Virus record (IMG/VR): IMGVR_UViG_3300010231_000015
Origin: a virus
DNA length: 44,528 nt
Reading direction: 5' to 3' (one strand)
Under the pieces are notes generated by a model. The model saw nothing but the letters and a program-made list of their open reading frames with translations, ran no database searches and was not told the origin of the DNA. The stretch's first letter is position 1. The number at the start of each line of letters is the position of its first letter. Made by a program: the position numbers and the translations under genes. This document shows positions 1 to 8,154 of this stretch, piece after piece.

Positions 1-55
1 AAAAAAAAAGCCCGCCCACCCCGAAGGATGAGCGGGCCGAAAAGCGCGACTCGTT
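1..55. repeat. Exact 55-nt duplicate of the window end (44474..44528). This is an assembly circularisation overlap, not a biological terminal repeat.
   Basis: nt 1-55 (aaaaaaaaagcccgcccaccccgaagg...gcgactcgtt) are identical to the last 55 nt. The duplicate cuts through a terminator hairpin. Confidence 0.9.
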
Positions 56-79
56 GCTAGAGTCCCGCTTGGACTTACG

Positions 80-1120
80 TTAGTCGCTGAAGATCACGCC
101 AACAGCGTCGGGACGGCGTTGGCCGACCGTGTACATCTGATACGAGTCGAGGTTCGACTGGAACTCCTTGTGGTCGTCCCACACCTTGACCGTCATCGGC
201 TGAGCTTCAACCGTGACCAGCGCCTTCTGCGGGAAGAACACGACGAGTTGTGCCTTCGCTTCCGCAGCCGACACGTCGAACGACGCACCCAACGGATGAG
301 CGACACCAGCGGTTGGGAAGATCGGAGCTTCGATCACACGCACGCCGTTCAGCACGGCGATACGACGCTGAGCGTAGTCGTTCGTTGCCGACGCACCTTG
401 GAAGTCCACGTTCATGAGCTTCTTGTGTTCCAGCAGCACGTTGAACGCGTCAGGCGTGATGAGCGTCACGGTCTGCGCGAGGCCAGCACCGAGACGACGC
501 TTCACGAATTCCGTCAGCACGTCCTTGTGATTCTGGACGATGATGTCGGCGGCGAGTTCGTAGCCGGTCAGGTCACGCGACGGGTCAACGACATCCGAGC
601 CAGCGGCCAGCGCGGCTTGATAGCCGGTCATGACTGCCTTGATACCCGGATGGAACGAGCCTGCCAGCGATGCCGGGGGCACGAACGCCGAGCACTTGAT
701 AAGCTGAATGACGTGCGCTTCATCGAAGCTGATGGCGTGCGCCGAGCCGTGCTCAGCCGAGTACTCAGCCTTGAAGTCCGGCGACGTCCAGTCATCCTGA
801 TAGTCGAACGGGGTACGGATGTAGCACACCGTGTCAACCGTCACGATGAACTTCTCGTTAGCGATACGGCTCGAATCGAGCTTCTCACCGGAGCGACGGC
901 CCTTCACCGTAGCCGCGCCGATACGGTCGCCGCGCCACGTATTCGTTTGGTTCTGCACCGACTTGAAGTTCGTCAGACCCGAGGCACGGAACAGCGACTC
1001 GGCACGGAACGAGCCTTCGATGTCACCTTCGTATGCTTCGATATGGATGTCGGTGTCGGCGTTCGCGCCAGCCCACCAAGTACGAGTCAATTGACCAGCG
1101 TTGTCAACGGGAGTGGACAT
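80..1120 (-). CDS. Major capsid protein (T7 gp10 / phiKMV gp32-like)
   Basis: 346-aa ORF starting at ATG 1120, with AGGAG 9 nt upstream. It lies between the scaffold gene and a strong intrinsic terminator, as in T7, and the sequence is typical of podophage capsid proteins. Confidence 0.9.
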   Translation of the reverse strand: MSTPVDNAGQLTRTWWAGANADTDIHIEAYEGDIEGSFRAESLFRASGLTNFKSVQNQTNTWRGDRIGAATVKGRRSGEKLDSSRIANEKFIVTVDTVCYIRTPFDYQDDWTSPDFKAEYSAEHGSAHAISFDEAHVIQLIKCSAFVPPASLAGSFHPGIKAVMTGYQAALAAGSDVVDPSRDLTGYELAADIIVQNHKDVLTEFVKRRLGAGLAQTVTLITPDAFNVLLEHKKLMNVDFQGASATNDYAQRRIAVLNGVRVIEAPIFPTAGVAHPLGASFDVSAAEAKAQLVVFFPQKALVTVEAQPMTVKVWDDHKEFQSNLDSYQMYTVGQRRPDAVGVIFSD

Positions 1121-1180
1121 TGTGTAATTCTCCTAAACAGGTTGTGGACGAGAGCGCGAGTGCGCTCCCGATGTGAGGTC

Positions 1181-2104
1181 TTACAGACCCATCTGCTTGC
1201 CGAGTTGGCGGCGTGCCGTAAGCTCGCGTTCGCGCTCGGGGAAGTCGCGTGCGCGACGGTCGAGCTTGAGACGTTCAGCTTGGTACGCTTCCTTCGACAA
1301 GCCGAGGGCTGCGTCAGGTGCCCCACCGCCTGCGCGGACGTGGCCTTGCGGTGGCGTAGGGAGCCCACCGTTGTTCTTCACGAAGTCCAGTAACGACTCA
1401 ACAGCCGTGGAGATTCGCTTCGGGTTCGCGGAGTCGATGCTTTGCGCAACGAACTCCTTGAGGTACTTCGGGGCCGCAGTGTTGAACACTTGAACAGCGG
1501 CGTCCCAGCGCTCTTGACCACCGGCCTTCGTGTGAATTTCGGTGGTGAGACGGGAGACGGTATCGGTGACGTGCGTGACGAGGCCCTGTGCAACCTTGAT
1601 GAGCTTGTCCGCATTCGCACCAGCCTTCTCGCGGAGATACGCGGCGTCGATCAGTGACACGTCGCCACGGTCGATTGCATTACCAACTGCGCGAGCGAGG
1701 TCGATGTCCGGTGCGACGAGTTCGAACGTCGAGAACGTAGCCATGAGGTAATCGTCAGCCTGCGCTGCGGCCTTGGTGGCAGACAGTGCGGCGTCAGCGC
1801 CCATACCAACGTCCTCGAAGCCCGAGGTACGCGCCGGGGCAGCGGGCTTAGCCGGAACCGGGGCAGGTGTGGGCGTGCCAGCCTGCGACGCCTTCCATGC
1901 TTGGAAAGCAGCAAACTCAGCGGCGTCCGCACCAGCCGGTGCAGCGGGAGCAGGAACGAAACCCGGTGCCTGTGTCGTAGCAGCGGGGAGCGGCGGCGCT
2001 ACCGGGGTCGGCGCACCTTCGCGGCTGTGTTGATGCACGGTCGCGTCAGCGGGAACTGCCTTGCTCGGGTCGATGCCAGCAGGCACAGATACTTGATGGG
2101 TCAT
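1181..2104 (-). CDS. Scaffolding protein
   Basis: 307 aa with an Ala/Pro-rich N-terminal half and a charged helical C-terminal half. It sits between portal and capsid. AAGGA RBS 5 nt before ATG 2104. Confidence 0.7.
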   Translation of the reverse strand: MTHQVSVPAGIDPSKAVPADATVHQHSREGAPTPVAPPLPAATTQAPGFVPAPAAPAGADAAEFAAFQAWKASQAGTPTPAPVPAKPAAPARTSGFEDVGMGADAALSATKAAAQADDYLMATFSTFELVAPDIDLARAVGNAIDRGDVSLIDAAYLREKAGANADKLIKVAQGLVTHVTDTVSRLTTEIHTKAGGQERWDAAVQVFNTAAPKYLKEFVAQSIDSANPKRISTAVESLLDFVKNNGGLPTPPQGHVRAGGGAPDAALGLSKEAYQAERLKLDRRARDFPERERELTARRQLGKQMGL

Positions 2105-2113
2105 GTTCGTCCT

Positions 2114-3676
2114 TTAGTTGGTTTGGCCGGGGAGCGCACCGATAGCGGCTGCGTTCGCGGCGAGGTTGTCAGCGTTGGCGATCTGTTGATTGCCCTGCAC
2201 TTGCTGCTGCGCGGCTGCGTCAACCTTCGCTTGTTCCTCCTTACTGCGATGGAACTGCGTAGTGTCAACCGACTGGCCTGCGTACAGCACGTCCATGAGC
2301 TTGCGCGGGTCGATGCGGTTATCGAACTGCAACAGGGGTGCCACGACAGCCGCTGCGTCTTGCGCAGCGCTAATGAGGTTCTGAACCTCGATACCGCGTG
2401 ACAGCGCTGGGATACCCGCGATGATGTCGAGCTTGATGTCACCCGTCAGGATTCCCTTGAGGGCCTGCGGCTGAACCTCGGTCAGCAGCACATGGGCGGA
2501 CGGGACTTGGAACGACTCAGCCAAAGCCGAGTACTGTCCACCAAGCGCCGTGTTGGCCTCCTGTGCTTGCTGCCGAAGCTCGTATGCGGTGACGCGCTCG
2601 GCGTCCCGCGTGTTGCCGGTGTACATGAACGCTTTCGAGAGGTTCTGGAAGGCGTCCGCAATCTCAGCGCGCATGGCGGTGATCTTGTTACCGTCTCCCG
2701 ACTCCTGAACCTGCACAGCGCCGTTAGTGCCCTGCACATACTCGCCAGTCTCCGCGTCGTTCAGGTCGTCCACGCTAGTACCGGCACCCGGCGTAACGAG
2801 GTTGACGAACTTCATCGCGGCGATGCCGTAGAGTGCTAGCGCTTCCGACTTGTCGCTCAGGTTTGCGAAGCCTCCTGCGTAGTCCTCAACGAGCCCGCGA
2901 CCATAATGTTCGCCAGCGATGATTGACCACACAGGCGCTTGCCAAGGGCACAGGTGAATTGGGTACTCACCCGGCGTGCCGATGGGCATGCTCTCGATTT
3001 CCTGCATGACAAGCATCACGTCACCACTAGGGCGACGCGAGCGCGTGATGCGGGTGTAGACTTCAACGTTCGTGTCGTAACGATCCATGCGGTATTTGTT
3101 CGGATGTCGCGTAACGAGCATGGCCTGAATCTCAGGTGATAGTCCCGCGAACGATTCGAACTCCCGCAGCACGCAGTCCACAAGCTCGCCCTGCCCGTTG
3201 CGTCGGATACCGAACGATTGGAGGCCGTAAGTCGTGGTGCGCTTGTTCTTCGAGTCCCGGAACGTAAGCACGTTGCCGGTGACGATCAGATGCGCTACAG
3301 CCAGCGTCAACTGGTTGTAGCTCGAATTCAGGTAGAGTTGCTGTGACGCTTTCATTTCCCACTGAGCAAGCCCAGCGTTGAAATCGCTATCCTGAATCCC
3401 CTTGTCCTGAGCGTGCTTCCGCAGTCGCTCGCTGGGCTCGATCCCGAAGAACGGGCGATTAGCGGGGAACAGCAGAGCCGTGAGCTTCGCGGCAAGGTTG
3501 TTGACTAACAGCGCGCCGATCTCTTGGTAGTCGCGTTCGACCACCGTGGCGCTACCGTGATGACACAACTCGGCCATCAACTTCGGGAGCGTCCAGTGCG
3601 CATACTGCCTGCACTTAATCAGCACGCTGTCATCCCGATACTTTTCGAACAGCGTCTTAAATGTCGGGGCGTACAT
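2114..3676 (-). CDS. Head-tail connector (portal) protein
   Basis: 520 aa. AGGAGG RBS before ATG 3676. T7 gp8-like in size and in its position directly upstream of scaffold and capsid. Confidence 0.85.
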   Translation of the reverse strand: MYAPTFKTLFEKYRDDSVLIKCRQYAHWTLPKLMAELCHHGSATVVERDYQEIGALLVNNLAAKLTALLFPANRPFFGIEPSERLRKHAQDKGIQDSDFNAGLAQWEMKASQQLYLNSSYNQLTLAVAHLIVTGNVLTFRDSKNKRTTTYGLQSFGIRRNGQGELVDCVLREFESFAGLSPEIQAMLVTRHPNKYRMDRYDTNVEVYTRITRSRRPSGDVMLVMQEIESMPIGTPGEYPIHLCPWQAPVWSIIAGEHYGRGLVEDYAGGFANLSDKSEALALYGIAAMKFVNLVTPGAGTSVDDLNDAETGEYVQGTNGAVQVQESGDGNKITAMRAEIADAFQNLSKAFMYTGNTRDAERVTAYELRQQAQEANTALGGQYSALAESFQVPSAHVLLTEVQPQALKGILTGDIKLDIIAGIPALSRGIEVQNLISAAQDAAAVVAPLLQFDNRIDPRKLMDVLYAGQSVDTTQFHRSKEEQAKVDAAAQQQVQGNQQIANADNLAANAAAIGALPGQTN

Positions 3677-3685
3677 GCTGCCTCC

Positions 3686-4186
3686 TTACACGTTGATGCC
3701 AAGCGACGAAGCCAACCCCGTAGGGCTCCGCTTCTTCTTGCCGCTGTCATCCACGGTAGAGGCTGCGGCATCGGCTGAGCCGCCAGCGATTGTCAAATTC
3801 TTGTTCTCACCTGCGAGGTCCGTAGACGTGTTCGCTTTGGTGAGGGCTGCTTTCTCCGCTGCTGCGTTCGCTGCGGCTGCTTGCGAAGCGGCAATCGAAG
3901 CGGCGCGGTCAGGCGTTTGTTGCCCACCAGCCGCACCCGACACAGCCGCCTTCGGTGTTTCGAACAGCGATGCTTGGGACGGGTCGTTTCGCATGGCCGA
4001 GATAGTCGCGCCATACAGGTCTGCGTTCGGATCGCTACCACCGTTCGCGGCGTTGAAGATAGCCGTCGAATTCTTGTTGTAGTAATCCCGCACCCGAGGG
4101 TCCCACCCATCGTCCAGCGAGCCGCCGAACAGGGAGTTAAGGAGCCCCGACAATACCTTCCCACCTACCGGGTCGTTGAGTGCCAT
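3686..4186 (-). CDS. Small virion-associated protein (T7 gp6.7/gp7.3-like), paralog 2
   Basis: Start moved from the track's 4273 to ATG 4186, which has a GGGGA RBS and lies 10 nt after the upstream TAA. 166 aa. The C-terminus TDLAGENKNLTIAGGSADAAAS..KKKRSPTGLASSLGINV is paralogous to 4197..4604. Confidence 0.6.
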   Translation of the reverse strand: MALNDPVGGKVLSGLLNSLFGGSLDDGWDPRVRDYYNKNSTAIFNAANGGSDPNADLYGATISAMRNDPSQASLFETPKAAVSGAAGGQQTPDRAASIAASQAAAANAAAEKAALTKANTSTDLAGENKNLTIAGGSADAAASTVDDSGKKKRSPTGLASSLGINV

Positions 4187-4196
4187 GTCATTCCCC

Positions 4197-4604
4197 TTAG
4201 ACGTTGATGCCGAGGGTACTGGACAGGCCGGTCCCGGTGCGGCGCTTCTTGCTATCGTCTTGCGACGCTGCAATGTCTGCCGAACCGCCCGCGATAACGA
4301 GGTTCCGGTTTTCGCCGGTCAGGTCAGTCGCGTAGTTCTTGTTCATTTCGTTAAGCATGGCTTGTTGCTTGGCCGCTTCCGCGTCCGCTGCTGCCTGCTT
4401 ATCCGCTGCATCCTTCTGCGCAGCAAGCATGTCCTGCTGTGCCTTCTCTGCTGCCGTAGCGCCCATGTCCAAGATGTTCTTTTCACCTTGACCGGTGAGC
4501 GTTGGCAGTCCCAACTTTTCGAGGATCACGTCCCCGCCCCGAAGCGGGTCCAGCTTGCCGACGATACCGCCGATCCGGCTGAATGTCTTGCCGAGTCCAC
4601 TCAT
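4197..4604 (-). CDS. Small virion-associated protein (T7 gp6.7/gp7.3-like), paralog 1
   Basis: Start moved to ATG 4604 (GGAG RBS 6 nt upstream; the upstream gene stops at 4606). 135 aa. C-terminus TDLTGENRNLVIAGGSADIAASQDDSKKRRTGTGLSSTLGINV. Confidence 0.6.
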   Translation of the reverse strand: MSGLGKTFSRIGGIVGKLDPLRGGDVILEKLGLPTLTGQGEKNILDMGATAAEKAQQDMLAAQKDAADKQAAADAEAAKQQAMLNEMNKNYATDLTGENRNLVIAGGSADIAASQDDSKKRRTGTGLSSTLGINV

Positions 4605-4605
4605 G

Positions 4606-5028
4606 TCAAACTCCAATGAAGTAGGCTTCGCAGTGCTTGACAGCACCCGCCCGCTCATAGAGCCTGCTAAGTCCCGGCCTCAGCACTCCGTTACCTGAGA
4701 TAACGCCAATGCAGCCGTTGACCTTGGCGATGTACCGCATGCCCTCGATAGCGTCGTTGAACGTACCACCGGGCAATGCTCGGGTCAGCAGGAACTCGTA
4801 AAGCAATTCCTGTTTGCTGCTCCACGGCGCACCAACGTCATAGACGAGCAGATACCCGTCCATCAGCGCAGCGCGCAGTTCCCCACGCTTCAGCCTACCC
4901 CACACGATGCCGGGCGAGTTAGGGACTACGAAGGGATGAGACGCCATGCGTTTGCCGTGAGCGATAAGAGCCCTCATCGCTGCCAGCTTCTGCGCGGCAT
5001 CCCACTCACCAAACGGGACGACCTTCAT
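4606..5028 (-). CDS. Hypothetical protein (weak GNAT-like C-terminal pattern, unverified)
   Basis: 140-aa ORF with an ATGA start/stop overlap to the upstream gene. The segment ...GNGVLRPGLSRLYERAGA... loosely resembles acetyltransferase motifs A/B. Confidence 0.6.
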   Translation of the reverse strand: MKVVPFGEWDAAQKLAAMRALIAHGKRMASHPFVVPNSPGIVWGRLKRGELRAALMDGYLLVYDVGAPWSSKQELLYEFLLTRALPGGTFNDAIEGMRYIAKVNGCIGVISGNGVLRPGLSRLYERAGAVKHCEAYFIGV

Positions 5029-5249
5029 CGGCGCACCCGTTGCTTAATGTGCAGGATCACCGAGCGCTGGCCCGCAGAATGGCGTAGCTGTGCGTCGGTA
5101 GTAGTTCCACTGGCGACGCACTCGGGAAACACCGTTTCCAGATACGCGAGTTGCTGGGCTGTGAAGGCTACGTCCCTCAAGTTGTTGGCGTTCGTAAGAT
5201 CGCCCACATCGTTGAGGATGTCCTGTTGTGACAAACGTGTTGCTGTCAA
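5025..5249 (-). CDS. Hypothetical protein, first gene after the RNAP-distal spacer
   Basis: The track ORF runs to ATG 5294, but an AGGAGG (5262..5257) sits 7 nt upstream of TTG 5249, giving 74 aa. An ATG 5294 start cannot be excluded. Confidence 0.55.
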   Translation of the reverse strand: MTATRLSQQDILNDVGDLTNANNLRDVAFTAQQLAYLETVFPECVASGTTTDAQLRHSAGQRSVILHIKQRVRR

Positions 5250-5294
5250 GGTATGGCCTCCTAAACGCAAAGTGCCACGCCCTGCGATGTACAA

Positions 5295-5310
5295 GGTGTG
5301 GCACTCTTAG
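5295..5310 (-). promoter_or_regulatory. Motif-2 copy b (minus strand CTAAGAGTGCCACACC), a candidate phage-RNAP promoter
   Basis: Near-identical to 5421..5436 and to 27431..27447 on the plus strand. It lies about 45 nt upstream of the first late gene, and its GTGGCACT also forms one arm of an 8-bp hairpin with 5271..5278. Confidence 0.45.
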
Positions 5311-5420
5311 TAACCTGTTAGATACTGGATTACTCTATGTGTATCTCAGAGTAATACCTGTATGTACCTCTGTTTAATACTGTGTATCTCTGTCTCTCTT
5401 TCCTTCTCACCTTCGTTCAA
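5311..5420 (-). other. AT-rich spacer with GAGATACACA repeats and an 8-bp hairpin, a candidate replication origin or UTR
   Basis: GC content is visibly far below the genome norm. Minus-strand GAGATACACA occurs twice. ATTACTCT (5329..5336) pairs with AGAGTAAT (5348..5355) around an 11-nt loop. No ORF. Confidence 0.5.
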
Positions 5421-5436
5421 AGTGTGGCACTCTAAG
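5421..5436 (-). promoter_or_regulatory. Motif-2 copy a (minus strand CTTAGAGTGCCACACT), a candidate phage-RNAP promoter
   Basis: It abuts the RNAP stop codon (5437..5439) and is followed, in the direction of transcription, by the AT-rich block. Confidence 0.45.
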
Positions 5437-7866
5437 TCAACAGAAGAAGAACTCACTGTTCTTAATCTCTTGAAGGTTAAGACTACTCTTCTTCGGAGCC
5501 TCACCAGTACCACCTACTTCCCACAGGAAGTCTAGTAATACATCATTGTGAGTATAGAGATTGACAAATTCCTCTCTGAGTATGGAATTCATCTGCGCTA
5601 CATCACAAGGGTGCGTACCGAACGAGTCATGGATTGCTACCATCTGCAAGCCTTCCTTGTTCATCCTGTTAGCTGTCATGGTTAGGTGACTAGCATCTAA
5701 GGCATGCACGAAGTTAGGCGCTATGGCGTTCTGCATCTTGCTCGGGTTAGTAGAGTCCAAGGGCTCATAGATCATCACCCGATTCACACCACACGAGTTA
5801 ATGCGTACACGAACCTGCTCTACGTCTTGGTAATCGTGCTGCACCTTAAACCCGGTGGGTGTTGTCCATTCCATGCGCTGCCCTTTCGGTACAGTGCGGC
5901 ATGCTTCCTTCAACCAGCGCATTGCTTGCGCTGCCGCTGGGACCGTTGCCTCGATACCGCTGAATAGCATCTTTGCCCCGTAGGTTGCCACGTCGCAATT
6001 GCGCTGCCCTTCGAGCTTCACGTCCTCGCGGTCGTGCAAGGCTTCCTGCTCCAAGAACTCGGCGGTCCCGCGCAGCGTCGCGCCGTAGACGTAGGTCATG
6101 ACCGGCTTCTTGGCCTGAGAACGCGTTATACCGGCTCGGAGCCAGTGGTCCCTAGCTACCCCTTCGGCTCGCTGTCGGAGCGCCTCCACGGCCTCATTTG
6201 CCACCTTCGTGTAGATGTCCTGCTTGGCATCCCCGCCCGAGTCGAACAGGTTGACGTACTTGCCGCCAATCGGGTCGCGGAGCATGGCGCTGAAGTGCTG
6301 AAGGCCCGAGCATGTCGCGTCCTGATGGCACGGTACGCCCGTCTCATACGTCGCCGGGTTCCCGCTGCGGTACGCTTCACGAAGCTCCCACGCGGCGGCG
6401 AACATGCACCACGGCGAGTCACCCCACACGTCAGGGTGGTTTTCCGGCTCGTCAAGGGCTCGCTCAATCTCGGCCCAATGCTCATCCACCCAGCGAACGC
6501 GGGCCGCTGTGCGAGCCTTGTCGAAGCCGTAGGAGTTGGCGATCTGCACCTTGAGCGCGTCCACGCCGTACCGGCCTAGTGGCTTCTTGTCTGCGAAGTG
6601 CAACGCGCCCTTGGCTACGTCCGTGCCCTGCGGGTTCGGCGTGCCGTTGTAGTACCAGCGGCCTCGGGTATCCATCATCACGGAGAACCACAGGCGGGAC
6701 GTGTCGCGCAGCCCGAGCTTCAGGAACCCGGCGATCTCCTGCGTGTGGCCTCGCCACTTCTTCATGTCGGTGTAGTACTGCGTCATGGTCCGTTTCCAAG
6801 CCATGAACAGGGCCTTCTCGGCCTCGGTGCCGTCCTCCTTGATCCAATCCTCGGGCAAGGGAAACGGCGGCTTGGCGGGCTTCTCACGGCTCGGCAGGCC
6901 CATCGTGTTACCACCGCCCTGCCACGCCCTGCGGATAGCTTCGAGCGTCGGCTGATGCACCGTGTACGGGATCGACTGAAGGTAGTTGGCGCAGGCGAAA
7001 ACCTGCGGCATCTTCTCGGCAGTGAACTGCTCGCGGATACGGCGCTTCTCCGAGCGGCGCACGCGGCGCAAGCTCATGAGCGGGAACGCCTGCTGACGGC
7101 GCACGCTGAGATAGCCGCCGCCGTCCAAGCGCTCCCACGGCAGCGGCGGGCACTGCATGGCCCCTGCCCCACGATCCACGATACCATGCACGTCGCTTTG
7201 GTCGTAGTCGTTGAGGTAGTCCGCAATCTCGACCTCAAGCTGATAGATGACCATGCCACCGGGCATCGTCACCGGCTTCACGAGGCCCGCGAGGTAGCAG
7301 GCATCGAGTCCGAACTTGCCGACTTGTATGCACTCGCTATCCGACAGCGAGCTATCGAGTTCGCCCTTCATGACACGATCATATGCCACGTTGTACAGAC
7401 GGCGAAGGTGACCATAATCGACCGTGCCGTTGCGGCGTACTTGGTCGTGAATCTTCTCCATGTACATCGGGTTGACTTCCTCGGCCTCAGCGATGCGAAC
7501 CTCAGTCTCATACAGACGACCGATGCGCACGCAAAGCATCTGCGCTGACGCCACTGCGCGGCGAGTCTTAGCTCCTGAGTCCGAACACTGCGAGATACAC
7601 TCACGCATGGCGATGAGCGCGGCCTTGTCTGCCCCGACGCGGCGCACCCATGCCTTGTACTTGCCACCAGTGCCGCGTGTCTTTACGTCCATTTCCACGG
7701 CGATGAGGTCACGCACCGTGGCGAACATCTTGGCGGTAAGACGCTGGGCTCGCGGAGCCTCGGCGTCACCCGACGCAGCCGCGTCCTGCAACTCCTTCAA
7801 TCGTGCAACAGCAGCCTCGCTATCGCACTTCAACTCATAAGCTAGTTGCATGTCCTGCGGCGTCAT
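5437..7866 (-). CDS. Single-subunit DNA-directed RNA polymerase (T7 RNAP family)
   Basis: 809 aa. AGGAGG RBS before ATG 7866. Carries ...KKPVMTYVYGAT... (motif B-like) and ...VAIHDSFGTH... (motif C). Its position at the end of the DNA-metabolism block is the phiKMV-type arrangement. Confidence 0.95.
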   Translation of the reverse strand: MTPQDMQLAYELKCDSEAAVARLKELQDAAASGDAEAPRAQRLTAKMFATVRDLIAVEMDVKTRGTGGKYKAWVRRVGADKAALIAMRECISQCSDSGAKTRRAVASAQMLCVRIGRLYETEVRIAEAEEVNPMYMEKIHDQVRRNGTVDYGHLRRLYNVAYDRVMKGELDSSLSDSECIQVGKFGLDACYLAGLVKPVTMPGGMVIYQLEVEIADYLNDYDQSDVHGIVDRGAGAMQCPPLPWERLDGGGYLSVRRQQAFPLMSLRRVRRSEKRRIREQFTAEKMPQVFACANYLQSIPYTVHQPTLEAIRRAWQGGGNTMGLPSREKPAKPPFPLPEDWIKEDGTEAEKALFMAWKRTMTQYYTDMKKWRGHTQEIAGFLKLGLRDTSRLWFSVMMDTRGRWYYNGTPNPQGTDVAKGALHFADKKPLGRYGVDALKVQIANSYGFDKARTAARVRWVDEHWAEIERALDEPENHPDVWGDSPWCMFAAAWELREAYRSGNPATYETGVPCHQDATCSGLQHFSAMLRDPIGGKYVNLFDSGGDAKQDIYTKVANEAVEALRQRAEGVARDHWLRAGITRSQAKKPVMTYVYGATLRGTAEFLEQEALHDREDVKLEGQRNCDVATYGAKMLFSGIEATVPAAAQAMRWLKEACRTVPKGQRMEWTTPTGFKVQHDYQDVEQVRVRINSCGVNRVMIYEPLDSTNPSKMQNAIAPNFVHALDASHLTMTANRMNKEGLQMVAIHDSFGTHPCDVAQMNSILREEFVNLYTHNDVLLDFLWEVGGTGEAPKKSSLNLQEIKNSEFFFC

Positions 7867-7875
7867 CGGCCCTCC

Positions 7876-8094
7876 TTAAATGTCCATACCGTATGCGCCG
7901 ACAACCTCGGCGCGGAGTGAGAACGCAGCTTGCGCGTCGTACTCAGCGAGTTCGCGGAGAATCGTCACCGCTGCACTCGGGTTGCCAGATTCCATCGCTG
8001 CCAACACGAAGCGGCGTACATTCACGATGGTCTCCTGCCGCGCGGCCATCGTTTGATCCGGCCACGTCTCCAACTGTTCTGCTACTGCTTCCAT
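7876..8094 (-). CDS. Hypothetical protein
   Basis: Start moved to ATG 8094 (GGAGG RBS 4 nt upstream). 72 aa. Preceded by motif-1 copy A. Confidence 0.6.
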   Translation of the reverse strand: MEAVAEQLETWPDQTMAARQETIVNVRRFVLAAMESGNPSAAVTILRELAEYDAQAAFSLRAEVVGAYGMDI

Positions 8095-8114
8095 GTAACC
8101 TCCGTTGCGCTTCG

Positions 8115-8127
8115 TAAATTGCGAGTA
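8115..8127 (-). promoter_or_regulatory. Motif-1 copy A (minus strand TACTCGCAATTTA)
   Basis: One of six copies of TACTCGCAATTCA. Lies 20 nt upstream of ATG 8094. Confidence 0.45.
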
Positions 8128-8154
8128 CAACCGCCGACATCCCGACCCCGTACA

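Noticed and set aside
56-82. A T7-style programmed -1 frameshift extension of the capsid (10A/10B).
   Set aside because: Only about 25 nt separate the capsid stop from the terminator stem, so no alternative frame can extend the protein meaningfully.
119-1393. A 424-aa plus-strand ORF, and similar long plus-strand ORFs at 6598..7548, 14756..15892, 19220..20125, 20675..21580, 38124..39362 and 39675..40577.
   Set aside because: All lie antisense to well-supported minus-strand genes. Their products are Arg/His/Leu-rich nonsense typical of shadow frames in GC-rich DNA. They lack SD sequences and break the uniform single-strand gene organisation.
5295-5436. Reading motif 2 (its complement contains TGGCAC) as a sigma54 -24 box on the plus strand.
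   Set aside because: No TTGC -12 element is present at the required spacing, and the orientation would be antisense to every gene.
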